Positions 1 to 10,238 of a stretch of 30,170 nucleotides of DNA are shown piece by piece (within the stretch, counting starts at the first letter, position 1; each line of letters begins with the position of its first letter). Under the pieces are notes generated by a model, which saw only the letters and a program-made list of their open reading frames with translations, did not search any database and had not been told where the DNA came from. This DNA comes from a virus (Duplodnaviria; Heunggongvirae; Uroviricota; Caudoviricetes): IMG/VR virus record IMGVR_UViG_2541047794_000005, positions 1-30,170 of that record; one strand, written 5' to 3'. Made by a program: the position numbers and the translations under genes.

Positions 1-439
<439 letters not shown>

Positions 440-447
<8 letters not shown>

Positions 448-876
448 CGTTGGCCCCGCTTCTCTGAATCGCTTTATACCGCCATTCCAGCACTTCGGTC
501 AGCGGCATAACGTCAGTAACGGATGGCGGCCAGTGAAAAATGGTGGCGATATCTGCCACCAGATCGTCAACCGTCAGGCTGTCGGTAAACCGGCAAGCAC
601 CGACTTCCTCAACAAAAAAGTGACAACCTCAACCGACATGGCAGTGAGATCTGCCGGGTCCATCTCTGCAATTTCCTGTGCAGTCAGTGCCGGACTGGAG
701 ATGCGGGGGATCACGGTCATCATCGCGTTTACATCCATATCCATAATGGCCTGCAGGCGTGTACCGCGCAGCGCACCGGACTGCGGTTTACGCAGCACAA
801 TTTCGGTGATTTCTGTTTTACCGCGCTTGATGGGGGTATCCAGTTGAATGGTCTTTTCAGTCTGCTTATCGCTCAT
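440..876 (-). CDS. gpE+E' fusion made by -1 programmed frameshift (about 145 aa)
   Basis: My hand translation of the -1 frame after the T TTT TTG site stays open for about 58 codons and ends at TGA 442-440, overlapping the T start. This matches the P2 E/E+E' arrangement (analogous to lambda G/GT). Confidence 0.6.
574..876 (-). CDS. E: Tail assembly chaperone gpE (100 aa)
   Basis: ATG at 876, TGA at 576-574. Sits between FII and T as in P2 and contains the slippery heptamer near its 3' end. Confidence 0.85.
   Translation of the reverse strand: MSDKQTEKTIQLDTPIKRGKTEITEIVLRKPQSGALRGTRLQAIMDMDVNAMMTVIPRISSPALTAQEIAEMDPADLTAMSVEVVTFLLRKSVLAGLPTA
613..619 (-). other. -1 ribosomal frameshift slippery heptamer T TTT TTG
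   Basis: Minus-strand sequence ACT TTT TTG (codons T-F-L of E) lies about 13 codons before the E stop. This is the classic X XXY YYZ slippery pattern. Confidence 0.6.
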
Positions 877-930
877 TTTGTTGTCCTGTAAATTGGGTTC
901 TGGCGCGGAATCCCGCGCCGTTCAGATACA

Positions 931-1446
931 TCAGAGGCCGAGGGCGTTGCGGTGCGCTTCCATCAGGTCCACACCGTTCACAATTTCCACCATGTTGATA
1001 AGGTCCACTTCATAGAGCACCTCACCATTGATGGTCAGCTTCGCGTAGCTGTTGGTACTGGTCACTTTGGTGGTGTTGCTTTCGCCCGTCTTCCACTCGC
1101 CGGAATCCACTTCTTTGTGACGTCCACGCACCACAAGCTCCACGGCCTGCACTTCCCCGGTATCATCACGCTGGATAGAGCCGGTAAAGCGCAACTGGAT
1201 GCCATCCACCGTGGCTTTGCCCATCTGTTTAAACAGCAGCAGTTCAGTACCACCAATGGAAAATTCTGTGTCCAGAGCACTGTCATCAAGCCCCAGATCC
1301 ACATCCACTGCACCCGGCATTCCGCCGCCGCGATACTTCTCATATTTGCGGGTGAATTTCGGCAGCGTCAGCGACTCAACGCTCCCCTGCCAGTTGTTCC
1401 CGTCGTTAAACAGGTTCAGGTGTTTTAATTTGCGTGGTAAAGCCAT
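931..1446 (-). CDS. FII: Tail tube protein (171 aa)
   Basis: Size and position match P2 FII (172 aa), directly downstream of the sheath gene. Confidence 0.9.
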   Translation of the reverse strand: MALPRKLKHLNLFNDGNNWQGSVESLTLPKFTRKYEKYRGGGMPGAVDVDLGLDDSALDTEFSIGGTELLLFKQMGKATVDGIQLRFTGSIQRDDTGEVQAVELVVRGRHKEVDSGEWKTGESNTTKVTSTNSYAKLTINGEVLYEVDLINMVEIVNGVDLMEAHRNALGL

Positions 1447-1455
1447 GTTGTCCCC

Positions 1456-2628
1456 TTACGCGCTGACCTGGCTGGCGAAATTCACCAGGTACTGATCGGT
1501 GATGCGCTGACGCAACATCAGATTTTCAAGTGGCGGCACTGGCGTGTAGTCGTAGTCGATGGTGAGTTTTCCGGCTTTCAGAGTGTCTTTGTCGTTCACC
1601 GACTCGTCCAGCCAGCAATCACCACCAATGAGATACCCCTGACTGACCAGGCTGCGCATTTTGGCGCGGATGCCCTCGATAATGTCGCGCGCCAGCGACG
1701 GGTTCAGCGGTTTGTCCACTGCCCACATGTGCGCTTCTGCCATTGTGTCCGTCAGCACCTGCGCCGTGCGGGTGTAGTTTTCGAAAGCAAAGAGCGGGTC
1801 ATCACTCAGGCAGCGGGAACCCCAAAAGCGTAAACCGTCTTTACGCACAAGCGTGGTGACGTCGTTCTGGTTCAGCAGACCTGCATCGGTTGCCGGGTCC
1901 TGCAGATCCCAGAACACATCTGCAGAAATTCCGGTGACACCGTTCACGCCCACGTTGGACAGGCTTTTGTGCCACCCAGTCTGCTCATCAATTTTGGCAC
2001 GCAGACCAAGCGCACGGGCGGTGGCATATGCCGTTGCTTCGGCATTCAGCACCGTGTCCCAGCCAGTAAAGTCGGGCCAGATCAGCATTCCTTCGCGCTG
2101 GCTGAAGTTTTCACGGTAAGTGATCGCCTCCTGTACCGTCTTGCAGCCATACGCTGACAGGTAGGCAAACCCACGCAGGCTTTGCGCCACACTCAGCAAC
2201 TCAGTCGCAACGGCTTTGTTATCGTGACCTGGCACGCCGAGAATGCGCGGTTTAACGCCGAGCTGTGTCTGGGCAGATAACAGGGCTTTCATGCCTGTTT
2301 TTTTACCTTCAGCAGTCACTGCGCCGATGATATTGGTCGTGGTTTCTTCTTCCGTTTCACCCTGCGGCACACGCACAACAACGGTCACGGGTTTTGCCTG
2401 GTCAGCGATGGCATCCAGCGAACGGGCCAGCGTGCCGGACTCACCCGCTTTACCGCTGGCAGTCAGCACATCAGTGATCAGCACGGGTTTATTAAGAGGA
2501 AACATTTTTGCATCGGCATCATCGCCCGTGCAGACCATGCCCACGATGGCGGTGCTCACCGTGGTAATGGATCGGGTACCTTCGTTGACTTCAACAACGC
2601 GCACCCCGTGGTGGTAATCCTGAGCCAT
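1456..2628 (-). CDS. FI: Contractile tail sheath protein (390 aa)
   Basis: Sequence and size match P2 FI. First gene of the FI-FII-E-T late operon. Confidence 0.9.
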   Translation of the reverse strand: MAQDYHHGVRVVEVNEGTRSITTVSTAIVGMVCTGDDADAKMFPLNKPVLITDVLTASGKAGESGTLARSLDAIADQAKPVTVVVRVPQGETEEETTTNIIGAVTAEGKKTGMKALLSAQTQLGVKPRILGVPGHDNKAVATELLSVAQSLRGFAYLSAYGCKTVQEAITYRENFSQREGMLIWPDFTGWDTVLNAEATAYATARALGLRAKIDEQTGWHKSLSNVGVNGVTGISADVFWDLQDPATDAGLLNQNDVTTLVRKDGLRFWGSRCLSDDPLFAFENYTRTAQVLTDTMAEAHMWAVDKPLNPSLARDIIEGIRAKMRSLVSQGYLIGGDCWLDESVNDKDTLKAGKLTIDYDYTPVPPLENLMLRQRITDQYLVNFASQVSA

Positions 2629-2704
2629 AGTGGCGAACCTCCTGATTGGATTAGGCTTCGCCCTATGTTGAAGTGATTGTGCCTGACAAACAGCTAAGCG
2701 CAGT

Positions 2705-2722
2705 TGTACCGTTATTCACACA
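2705..2722. promoter_or_regulatory. Candidate late-promoter activator site (TGT-N12-ACA, Ogr/Delta type) upstream of FI
   Basis: TTGTACCGTTATTCACACAAA, centred about 85 bp upstream of the FI ATG. It is 16/21 identical to the site between O and P at 14727-14744. P2-family late promoters carry a TGT-N12-ACA dyad near -55. Confidence 0.45.
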
Positions 2723-2770
2723 AAATGACGGTATTTGTCTGCTTGCAGGGATAATCAAAATAATGCTGAT

Positions 2771-3343
2771 TCAGGGGGATTCATTACTCTTATTTGCCGG
2801 AAATTTTCTATAAATTGTGGAAACACCCACATCAAAAATCAGTGCAATACGCTGTCTTGATTCTCCGGCCTCGAGTAAGCGTCCAATCTGTGCCCACTGT
2901 TCGGTGGTCAACTTAGGACGGCGTCCACCTACTCTGCCTTTATCACGAGCTGCAGCCAGCCCCGCCCTGGTACGTTCAACTATCAGTTCGCGTTCCATTT
3001 CAGCCAGGGCCCCCATGACATGAAAAAAGAAACGGCCCATTGGGGTGCTGGTATCAATACTGTCAGTCAGGCTTCGGAAATTCACGCCACGCTGACGCAA
3101 CTCTTCTATCAGCGTAACAAGATGCCGCATACTGCGCCCCAACCTGTCCAGCTTCCAGACAACCAGAGTGTCTCCAACCGATAGTGTCCTGAGCAGTTTT
3201 TTAAGCCCCGGTCTGTCGGGCTTAGTGCCACTGATTTTGTCCTCAAAAATCCGCTCACATCCCGCGCAGTTCAGTGCATTACGTTGCAAATCTGTGTTCT
3301 GGTCATTTGTTGACACGCGTACATAGCCAATAAGCATGATCAA
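2771..3343 (-). CDS. Serine recombinase, Hin/Gin/Cin/Pin-family DNA invertase (190 aa)
   Basis: N-terminal IGYVRVSTNDQ catalytic-serine motif, C-terminal HTH, and typical invertase size. Lies 50 bp from the left crossover site. Confidence 0.9.
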   Translation of the reverse strand: MIMLIGYVRVSTNDQNTDLQRNALNCAGCERIFEDKISGTKPDRPGLKKLLRTLSVGDTLVVWKLDRLGRSMRHLVTLIEELRQRGVNFRSLTDSIDTSTPMGRFFFHVMGALAEMERELIVERTRAGLAAARDKGRVGGRRPKLTTEQWAQIGRLLEAGESRQRIALIFDVGVSTIYRKFPANKSNESP

Positions 3344-3392
3344 TCCCCTGAATAAAAACCGGGGATGATGCCAGTTAGTCGTAATCGCTGCA

Positions 3393-3418
3393 TTTTCTTA
3401 AACGTTGGTTTGGGAGAA
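3393..3418. repeat. 26-bp invertase crossover site, left (hix/gix/cix-like)
   Basis: Minus-strand read TTCTCCCAAACCAACGTTTAAGAAAA has imperfect dyad symmetry around a central AA. Its core TTGGTTTGGGAGAAGG (3405-3420) is in inverted orientation to 5288-5303. Confidence 0.75.
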
Positions 3419-5289
3419 GGGGCTCCAGCTAATGGCGGCACGTGCGATAGGCCGACAGCTGCTATGCCAGCATCCGTTATCGGTTCCTGATCGTTCATGG
3501 TACTAGGGGAGTTTATTGGCCCGATATTCACTGTTACAGGTAACACGGTCCGCTCTATCGGTGGACAGGTCCCTGTACTATTCGACGAACACCGTAAGGT
3601 CATAGTTATTTGTGATTCCGAGGGCGGTAAGGCAGTCGCGTGTAACCCTCTCACGGGGGATTTGCACGCAATTTTTGATCATGCACGCAATTCAGCGTTG
3701 CGTATGGCGAACGGTCTTACCGCACAACATTCCCGATACGGTTAAAATTCGGTAAGACGGTATACATGTGGAAACGTGGGTACAGTTACAATAAAAGAGC
3801 GCGGTCCTAAGGTGAGCTCAACATCGCTAATCCTTAGTCCTCCTAGTGTTCCACGGATTGGAGAGAATTTGGCAAATGTATTGACACAAACCCTTTCAAG
3901 GAAGCTTGCGTATGAAATTCCAGAGGGGGCTTAGTAGGGAAGCCTGCATGTATTGAAATTGCGCCGGCTACTGTTGAGGACGATATTGGCTGTTCCTATC
4001 TGGAAGCGGTGCCATTGATTAATCAGGGCAAGTCAGACATATACATTAAGACATGGCCAAGTAAGCCCGCGATTGCTAGCGTGATTGACGCGGGAGAAGC
4101 GATTCATAGTTAATGGGTAGTATATATGGACACGCTATGGCTGCTTGATGCAGACGGTCCCCCTGATACCGAATACCCAACTGCAACGGGCGCAGCTGCC
4201 ACATGGCATCCTGCGGTGTGCTTCAAACAGTTTTAGTCAACGCGTTAACAGATTACGGCATACCGTTAATGGGGGTGTGATCAGTGGGCGTCAGCTACCG
4301 AGCCGCATCTTATTTCCGTTGTATCAGCCGCAGAAGAGCGGCGCCAGTAGCAGATTGATGCTGGCGTGGCGCCCATGACGCTTATACTACTGAGATTACC
4401 TGCCCCTCGGTAGCCGACACCCACTTCTAACCCTCCCATTAACCCTATGCTGGTTTATATTGACGCGGGGCAGGACCGTGATAGATGGCAACGGCCTGAT
4501 CCACTGTGACATGAACTGCCTTTGGAGTTGACTAATCGGTCTCTGGGCCACCGGCTGTATCAAGGAGCCACACCTCGCCCGGATAATCCGCCCATTAACC
4601 CGATTGCTCCTCGTCCTGATCATTAACACTACCACACGCGGGCATACTAACCCCATGCTTAATGTTTTCATCATCGCAGACGGGATTTATAAATTGCTCT
4701 GCTTTAAAATCGGCAGCAGGCATTTCTCCCTGCTGTGTTGGCAGCCGATTTTCAACACATACAGGTTTCCTTACGTAGACCCCTCTAGAATGTTATACTG
4801 GATATTCCTTGGTAAGTTCGCCGGCACTACTTTTCCCCTTATCGCACCAATACCCTTGACATTAGGAGAGTTCATGGTAAGTAATTTTGAGCTCCCCATG
4901 GGAAAGCGTTTGTCCATCTGCACTATAACCCCGTCACCACATGTAGACCGTATTCTCGAGTTAAATCTGTATCTTGATTTCTCTGCGATAACACCGGTCC
5001 CCGCCCACCATTCTAAATTGCGGATATGATCAAAAATTGTGTATGAATCCTCTGTGACAAGATTCGATCCGACTTCAATCACGCCATCGGACTTACAAAT
5101 ACCAATGAAATTCGCCCGTGCAGCGGATGATGTCGGCACCGGTCAACTGTTAAACAGCGCCGGGTTTCCTGAAACAGAGCATTACGGGCCAATATACTTA
5201 CAAGACAGCCTGAACGATCCCCAATCAAAAACGAATTCTGGCATATCAGGTATCTGCCAGTCTCATGGGACGACATCACCTTGCGCTCC
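3419..5289. other. Invertible DNA segment (about 1.9 kb) bounded by inverted crossover sites; no intact ORF in any frame
   Basis: Bounded by inverted 26-bp sites with an adjacent invertase gene. The ORF track shows only short overlapping ORFs (122 aa or less) with no protein-like content. Confidence 0.6.
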
Positions 5290-6351
5290 TTCTCCCAAAC
5301 CAAGGTATGTGAGAAGACCAGCGACATCCTTTCCACTCAAATTAGTCAGCGTATTGTCCAGCGGTTGTTTACCTGCCAGCGCATTAAGCATTGTCGTGGC
5401 AAAGTTCGGGTCATTCCCCAGCGCCGCCGCCAGTTCGTTCAGTGTATCCAGTGCCGCAGGTGCAGAACCCACCATTGCCGCAATCGCCGATTTCACAAAA
5501 GCCGTGGTGGCAATCTGTGTATTGTTAACCGACTGTGCGGCAGTGGGGGCTGTTGGCGTTCCGGTGAGTTCCGGACTTGACAGCGGCGCTTTCAGTGCCA
5601 GCGCATTGTTAATGGTGGTACTGAATTTCGGATCATTGTTAATGGCTGCGGCTAATTCTTTCAGCGTGTCCAGCGTGGCTGGCGCACCATTAATCAGGGC
5701 CGTCAGTGCCGCCTGAACAAACGCGGTGGTCGCAACCTGCGTGGTGTTATTCCCTGCCGCTGGCGTTGGCGCTTTTGGTGTCCCGGTAAACGTCGGACTT
5801 TCTTTGGGTGCATACTGTGAATGCGGGTCCGGTGCGGCAAGATGTTTTGCCATCTGATCATCCACGTACACCTTCAGCTCCAGTACCTTGTCATCCACAT
5901 ACTTGCGGGTTGCCAGCACTACGGCAGGGTCGATTTTCAGGGTGATATTGTCCGTGCTGCTGGTAATCAGCACCATGCGCACGGTCTGGGTACGCCCGCT
6001 GCCTTCAGCCAGTTGCGGTTTATAGCTTTCCGGGCAGTTCCCCACGGCAATCAATGCCCCTGACTCATCAAACAGGCCCACTTCACGTATCCACCAACCG
6101 CCCTCGTTTTCAGGGATCACCTGTTCAGCAATAATCTGGCTGCTGTTCTGCGGGTCGATATAGAGCATATTCAGCGCAGCCCGGCGTTTCTCATTTACCA
6201 GTGCCGTCTGCTTTGCGTCCGGCGTCGGCAATGCTCCGCCGCCATCGCCCACCGCCATATGGGTAATTTTTAGCGGCACACCGAGCGCGGCGGCGCTGGC
6301 AAGTTTCGCCTCGCCAATATCCGTCAGCAGGGTATAAAATTTTGTGCTCAT
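5263..6351 (-). CDS. H: Tail fibre protein, constant N-terminal part only (362 aa); frame stops 8 codons after the crossover site
   Basis: N-terminus MSTKFYTLLTDIGEAKLA..., the central Ala/Thr-rich repeats and ...NELAAALGNDPNFATTMLNALAGKQP match P2 H. P2 H is much longer, so the receptor-binding C-terminal domain is absent in this orientation. Confidence 0.8.
   Translation of the reverse strand: MSTKFYTLLTDIGEAKLASAAALGVPLKITHMAVGDGGGALPTPDAKQTALVNEKRRAALNMLYIDPQNSSQIIAEQVIPENEGGWWIREVGLFDESGALIAVGNCPESYKPQLAEGSGRTQTVRMVLITSSTDNITLKIDPAVVLATRKYVDDKVLELKVYVDDQMAKHLAAPDPHSQYAPKESPTFTGTPKAPTPAAGNNTTQVATTAFVQAALTALINGAPATLDTLKELAAAINNDPKFSTTINNALALKAPLSSPELTGTPTAPTAAQSVNNTQIATTAFVKSAIAAMVGSAPAALDTLNELAAALGNDPNFATTMLNALAGKQPLDNTLTNLSGKDVAGLLTYLGLGEGAQGDVVP
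5290..5315. repeat. 26-bp invertase crossover site, right, inside the 3' end of H
   Basis: TTCTCCCAAACCAAGGTATGTGAGAA shares the left half-site exactly with 3393-3418 (inverted) and the central AA. It encodes the YLGLGEG junction of the tail fibre. Confidence 0.75.
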
Positions 6352-6953
6352 GGATTCACTCTCATTGTGTCAATAACATGGACCGCCCCGCCTTCATGCG
6401 CGGTGCCACCGGAAATAATCGTTTCGTTGATATACGGATAGATCGTGATTTCTTCGCCAAGATAGCTGGCGGCTCCCACCCAATGCGGGCCGCTGGTCTG
6501 CAGATTGATGGACATGCCGATCATGTGGCGGCTACATGGTTTGGCATCGCTTATCAGTCGCTCAAGTTCCAGATAGGTATCTTCAGTGATGCCCTGGTCC
6601 TGCACGCCGATATCCAGGCGAAACATGCCCGGTGCCTCTCCGGTTTGCCACCACTCAATAATGCGGATCAGAAAGCCGAACGGCTCCACCACCCGCCGCA
6701 CGGCACTGGTGGTCCCTTTATGCTGATGAATATAAAAAGCATCCTTCACCACCTGGCGCTTGACGCTTTCTGTCCAGCCCTCGTCCCAGCGATCCACAGA
6801 GAACGCCCAGGCGAGATAAGGCAGGAAACTGACCGGACAGGTTGCCGGATTCCACAAGTCACGAAGCGGCACCTGCAGATCAGAAATCCCGCTGCAGGTT
6901 TGCGCCAGTCGGCGCTCCAGTGGTGTTGAACCCGGTGGCAGCAGACTATTCAT
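6348..6953 (-). CDS. I: Baseplate protein gpI (201 aa)
   Basis: Synteny J-I-H, with stop/start overlap with H. Confidence 0.8.
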   Translation of the reverse strand: MNSLLPPGSTPLERRLAQTCSGISDLQVPLRDLWNPATCPVSFLPYLAWAFSVDRWDEGWTESVKRQVVKDAFYIHQHKGTTSAVRRVVEPFGFLIRIIEWWQTGEAPGMFRLDIGVQDQGITEDTYLELERLISDAKPCSRHMIGMSINLQTSGPHWVGAASYLGEEITIYPYINETIISGGTAHEGGAVHVIDTMRVNP

Positions 6954-7854
6954 CCGTTCCTCCGTTGGTTACGCTCCACTGCGTACATGATGCCGCCTGT
7001 GTTTTGTTCAGGACCACATCCGCCAGAGGAGAAGCCAGCTCCACACGCTGCACACCCTCAACATGCAGGGCGGCAAAGATGGCGCTACGGCGAATATCCC
7101 GACCAAGACGCGTCTGACTGGCGATGTACTTCTGCAGGCTGGCTTTTGCCGCTGCCATTACCGGCTCTGCTTCCGGTCCCGGATAGAGAAAAATGGTGGC
7201 TTCCACGCGATACGGGATGATTTCTGCGCTGCGAACCGTCAGACGGTCAGCCACCGGGCGGACGTTCTCACTGTTCAGAGCTTTTTCCACCACGTCCAGC
7301 AGGTCTTTTTCTGCAGTTCCATCGCCTTCGCGGCTAAGGACAGTCAGCACCACCTCTGCAGGCGCCGGGCTGGTTGCACTGGCATCCGCCACCCGACCGT
7401 CGGCGCTTCGGGCATGAAATTCATAAGCTGCAGTTGGCCCCGCAACAGAAAGCCCTTCAAAGGCTGCAGGCACACGCAGGCGTAACGCTTCATCGCTTTC
7501 CATCACAGCCGCAACGGGTGGCACAGCGTCATTATCAGCAGGCGTCACCGTCAGGCGTTTCACGTTGTAGTTGGCAGCGAGCTGGTCAAGATCGCCGCCC
7601 ATCGCGTAAGCCACCATCACAGCATGCGCGGCTTCGTTAATGCGCTGGCGCAGAAGCAACTCACGGTAAGCGTTCTCCTGAAGCAATTTGGTGACGGGTT
7701 CAGATTCCAGTTCCAGCGTGCGGATCACTGCTTCCTGCTCATCTTTCGGATGAAGCGCAACAAATTCGGCCTTGCGTTCGGCAATCAGCGTCTCAAAGTC
7801 CGGCACATCCACAATCTGCGGCGCAGGCAACTGCGAAAGGTCAATCACTGCCAT
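6946..7854 (-). CDS. J: Baseplate protein gpJ (302 aa from ATG 7854)
   Basis: Synteny. The internal ATG at 7854 gives 302 aa, overlapping the W stop. Confidence 0.85.
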   Translation of the reverse strand: MAVIDLSQLPAPQIVDVPDFETLIAERKAEFVALHPKDEQEAVIRTLELESEPVTKLLQENAYRELLLRQRINEAAHAVMVAYAMGGDLDQLAANYNVKRLTVTPADNDAVPPVAAVMESDEALRLRVPAAFEGLSVAGPTAAYEFHARSADGRVADASATSPAPAEVVLTVLSREGDGTAEKDLLDVVEKALNSENVRPVADRLTVRSAEIIPYRVEATIFLYPGPEAEPVMAAAKASLQKYIASQTRLGRDIRRSAIFAALHVEGVQRVELASPLADVVLNKTQAASCTQWSVTNGGTDE

Positions 7855-8200
7855 TCTCTGCTCCTGTTGATACGGAAAGGGAAACAGGCACACCGTTATT
7901 ACGCCGCCCGGTCAGCTCCACCACCATTGAACCGTCAAAATTGCTGTTAATGGTGATGGAATCCAGCGTCAGCCGTGGCTCCCAGCGACTCAGCGCCACA
8001 TACACTGCCGACATGACCTGCAGGCGTAATGCCGGATTTTGTGGCTGGTCTATCAGTGCCGACAGCAGGGAACCATATTCCCGACGGGCAATGCGGCTAC
8101 CCTGCGGCGTCAGCAAAATGTCCCGCACCGACTGGCGCAGATGGTCAATATCAGTAATGGCTTTACCGCTGGTATTGTTCATCCCGCTATAAAGCGTCAT
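7841..8200 (-). CDS. W: Baseplate wedge protein gpW (119 aa, GPW/gp25 family)
   Basis: Size and position match P2 W. Confidence 0.85.
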   Translation of the reverse strand: MTLYSGMNNTSGKAITDIDHLRQSVRDILLTPQGSRIARREYGSLLSALIDQPQNPALRLQVMSAVYVALSRWEPRLTLDSITINSNFDGSMVVELTGRRNNGVPVSLSVSTGAENGSD

Positions 8201-8775
8201 ACCGGGCCTCCGGTTGTATCGCCGCCTTTCAGGACGCCAGTATGCTGATGCGCATCAACCACGATCCCGTTAGAACTCATCGCTCCGCCGCCCTGAGTAA
8301 CGCCACCATTGATCACCACTTCGCTGTTAATACGCGTGCACTCAGCCTCCAGCACAAACTCACTGGTTTTCAGGGTGATGTTATCGGCAGCCTCAATGAC
8401 CATGGATTTGATGCCCCTGACATACCAGCGCCCGGTGGCAGGTTCGTATTCAAACCAGCCACCGTCAGGATGTTCTGTCACGCAGGCGTCCGCCGACGTC
8501 GACGGTGGTGCGAACTGATTCGAATAGATGGCGGGCAGCGCAAAAGCTGTTTCCAGATTACCGCCCATACTCAGCAGCACCACCTGCTCACCTTCCGATG
8601 GTCGCCACCATGTCCGGGCATTCCCGGCACGCAGCGTCAGCCAGCTGATCCAGTTGGTTTCAAGGTCGCCCGTTTTCACCCGGCAAAGCCAGTTTGTCCT
8701 GTCCACTTCGGTGACTACCCCAGTGCGGATCAGGTTGGTGATAAGGCGCATGATTTCGGTTAATTGTGCGTTCAT
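8197..8775 (-). CDS. V: Baseplate spike protein gpV (192 aa)
   Basis: Size and position match P2 V. Confidence 0.85.
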   Translation of the reverse strand: MNAQLTEIMRLITNLIRTGVVTEVDRTNWLCRVKTGDLETNWISWLTLRAGNARTWWRPSEGEQVVLLSMGGNLETAFALPAIYSNQFAPPSTSADACVTEHPDGGWFEYEPATGRWYVRGIKSMVIEAADNITLKTSEFVLEAECTRINSEVVINGGVTQGGGAMSSNGIVVDAHQHTGVLKGGDTTGGPV

Positions 8776-8821
8776 AGGGAAAGGTTGCCATCAGGGGAAG
8801 AAAGGCGGCAGTGCTGCAACT

Positions 8822-8839
8822 TGTATCAGTGCTGATACA
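8822..8839. promoter_or_regulatory. Candidate late-promoter activator site (TGT-N12-ACA) between S and V
   Basis: TTGTATCAGTGCTGATACAA is a near-perfect dyad in the S-V intergenic gap. The spacing to the V ATG (about 55 bp) is shorter than for the FI and O sites, so this is less certain. Confidence 0.35.
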
Positions 8840-8843
8840 AAAA

Positions 8844-9290
8844 TCACCCCGCCAGCCATTGCAGAATCATGTCGCGGGTCATTGCCTCAACATCATCATT
8901 TACACCCAGAAGGCGACGCTCTGCGTAACGGACCTCCGGTCCTTTGCGGCTGACGCGATCACGTAAGCCGTAGTGATGAACACGGGCAATGCGCTGTACC
9001 TTGCCTTCAAACTGCACGCTGGCAGAGTCGGCGCTGGCGGAAGTTTTCAGGTATTTTGTGGTGCGCAGCTTTGCAAACATCTGACGTTTGATACGGCCTT
9101 TTTTACTGCGTGCTGTTACCCGTCGCGGTTCATAACTGCTGCCATCTGGATTGCGCTGCATTCTGATATTTTGCTGCTGTGTCCGGCGTAGTTCCTGCGC
9201 CAGCTGGCGCATCATGCGGCTTCTTGCGGCTGGCTCCAGATTCGCCAGCAAGGCACTCAGCCAGTCGTCCACTTTCTGCAGTTCAGCCAC
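8844..9290 (-). CDS. S: Tail completion protein gpS (148 aa)
   Basis: Synteny and size. Confidence 0.85.
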   Translation of the reverse strand: MAELQKVDDWLSALLANLEPAARSRMMRQLAQELRRTQQQNIRMQRNPDGSSYEPRRVTARSKKGRIKRQMFAKLRTTKYLKTSASADSASVQFEGKVQRIARVHHYGLRDRVSRKGPEVRYAERRLLGVNDDVEAMTRDMILQWLAG

Positions 9291-9735
9291 GTTTCACCGT
9301 CCACATTTCTTCAGGTTCATCAGGTTCCGCTATAGCTTCAACGCTCGACACACTGCCGTCAGTGCTGACCAGCACACGCTCCGTCAGTTGCAGGTTGAGG
9401 CTGATATCACAGACATCGTTGCGCAGAATATCCACCTCAAAGGTGAATAGCTTTTCCCGTAACGCCGGGTTATTGATGGCATCGGGCTGGTTATCACGCA
9501 GCCACAGCAAAACCGGGGCCATCAGCAGATTCTGGTCGCCGCTGAAATCCTCAATCACCACGTTCAGGGTGTAGCGGTACTCCCATGACATGGAGCTGGC
9601 CCCCGTGGCAACCAGCGAACCGTTATCCACAAACAGATGCAGTTTGTCCGGGTTATTTCGGACATAAGGCACCGCTTTATTGAGGGCGTAGCGCAGGGAT
9701 TGTGGTTTGTTCACTGTTTCGCTCCTGACACGCAA
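9283..9735 (-). CDS. R: Tail completion protein gpR (150 aa)
   Basis: Synteny and size. Confidence 0.85.
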   Translation of the reverse strand: MRVRSETVNKPQSLRYALNKAVPYVRNNPDKLHLFVDNGSLVATGASSMSWEYRYTLNVVIEDFSGDQNLLMAPVLLWLRDNQPDAINNPALREKLFTFEVDILRNDVCDISLNLQLTERVLVSTDGSVSSVEAIAEPDEPEEMWTVKRG

Positions 9736-9967
9736 TAATCATGTCCACTTTGTCTGCACAGATCGCCCAGGCGGCCTCCGTTTCATCCAGCAACGCATTC
9801 AGATCACCGTTAGTGCGCGGTGCTGCCTGCTCCAGCCGACACGGCGTCACTCTCGGACAACCACTGACGGTAAGCTGCACCTCCGGTGAGTACCGGACGT
9901 TCCCGCAGCCGGATAATGTCAGCAGGCAAAGGAGTATCAGCCCAGTGGCGTAAATCCTCGTTCTCAC
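9677..9967 (-). CDS. lysC: LysC, Rz1-like outer-membrane spanin (96 aa) embedded out of frame in lysB
   Basis: Signal peptide plus lipobox (LLTLSGC) and a Pro-rich body. Same length and embedded position as P2 LysC. Confidence 0.7.
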   Translation of the reverse strand: MRTRIYATGLILLCLLTLSGCGNVRYSPEVQLTVSGCPRVTPCRLEQAAPRTNGDLNALLDETEAAWAICADKVDMIIACQERNSEQTTIPALRPQ

Positions 9968-10238
9968 GTTTCAGTTCCTCGATCCGGCGTTGTCGTTGTC
10001 TCAGCTGTGCGCTGGTCTGTTCTGCTTCGGCATAGAGCCGCGCCTGCTCCCGGTTATTGGTTTCATTCAGAATGGACAGGCTGATAAGCTGGCTGTTGCT
10101 CTTTGCCAGTGCCTGGCTTTTGCTCTGCAGCTCGTTTGCCTGCGTGCTGATGGTCTGGCTGGCATCAGCCAGCCGCCACGTCTGCCAGCCCAGCGCCGCC
10201 AGTAATAACGCCAGCACAACCAGCAGCAACCGGTTCAT
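9810..10238 (-). CDS. lysB: LysB, Rz-like inner-membrane spanin (142 aa)
   Basis: N-terminal transmembrane helix followed by a coiled-coil periplasmic domain. Position after lysA. Confidence 0.8.
   Translation of the reverse strand: MNRLLLVVLALLLAALGWQTWRLADASQTISTQANELQSKSQALAKSNSQLISLSILNETNNREQARLYAEAEQTSAQLRQRQRRIEELKRENEDLRHWADTPLPADIIRLRERPVLTGGAAYRQWLSESDAVSAGAGSTAH

Noticed and set aside
3340-3654. 104-aa minus-strand ORF spanning the left crossover site
   Set aside because: It runs through the recombination site into the invertase start, has no RBS, and is Pro/Ser/Thr-rich. It is treated as part of the ORF-poor invertible segment.
4787-4962. Cluster of 6-bp palindromes (TCTAGA, GAGCTC, CCATGG, CTCGAG) suggesting a cloning polylinker
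   Set aside because: About two to three palindromic hexamers are expected by chance in this span. The sites are not contiguous and there are no flanking vector features.
5039-5716. 225-aa plus-strand ORF (also similar antisense ORFs at 952-1428, 6342-6929, 12410-12889 and 13890-14345)
   Set aside because: These are antisense to well-supported structural genes (H, FII, I, M/N, O), with low-complexity Ser/Ala-rich translations. They are shadow ORFs.
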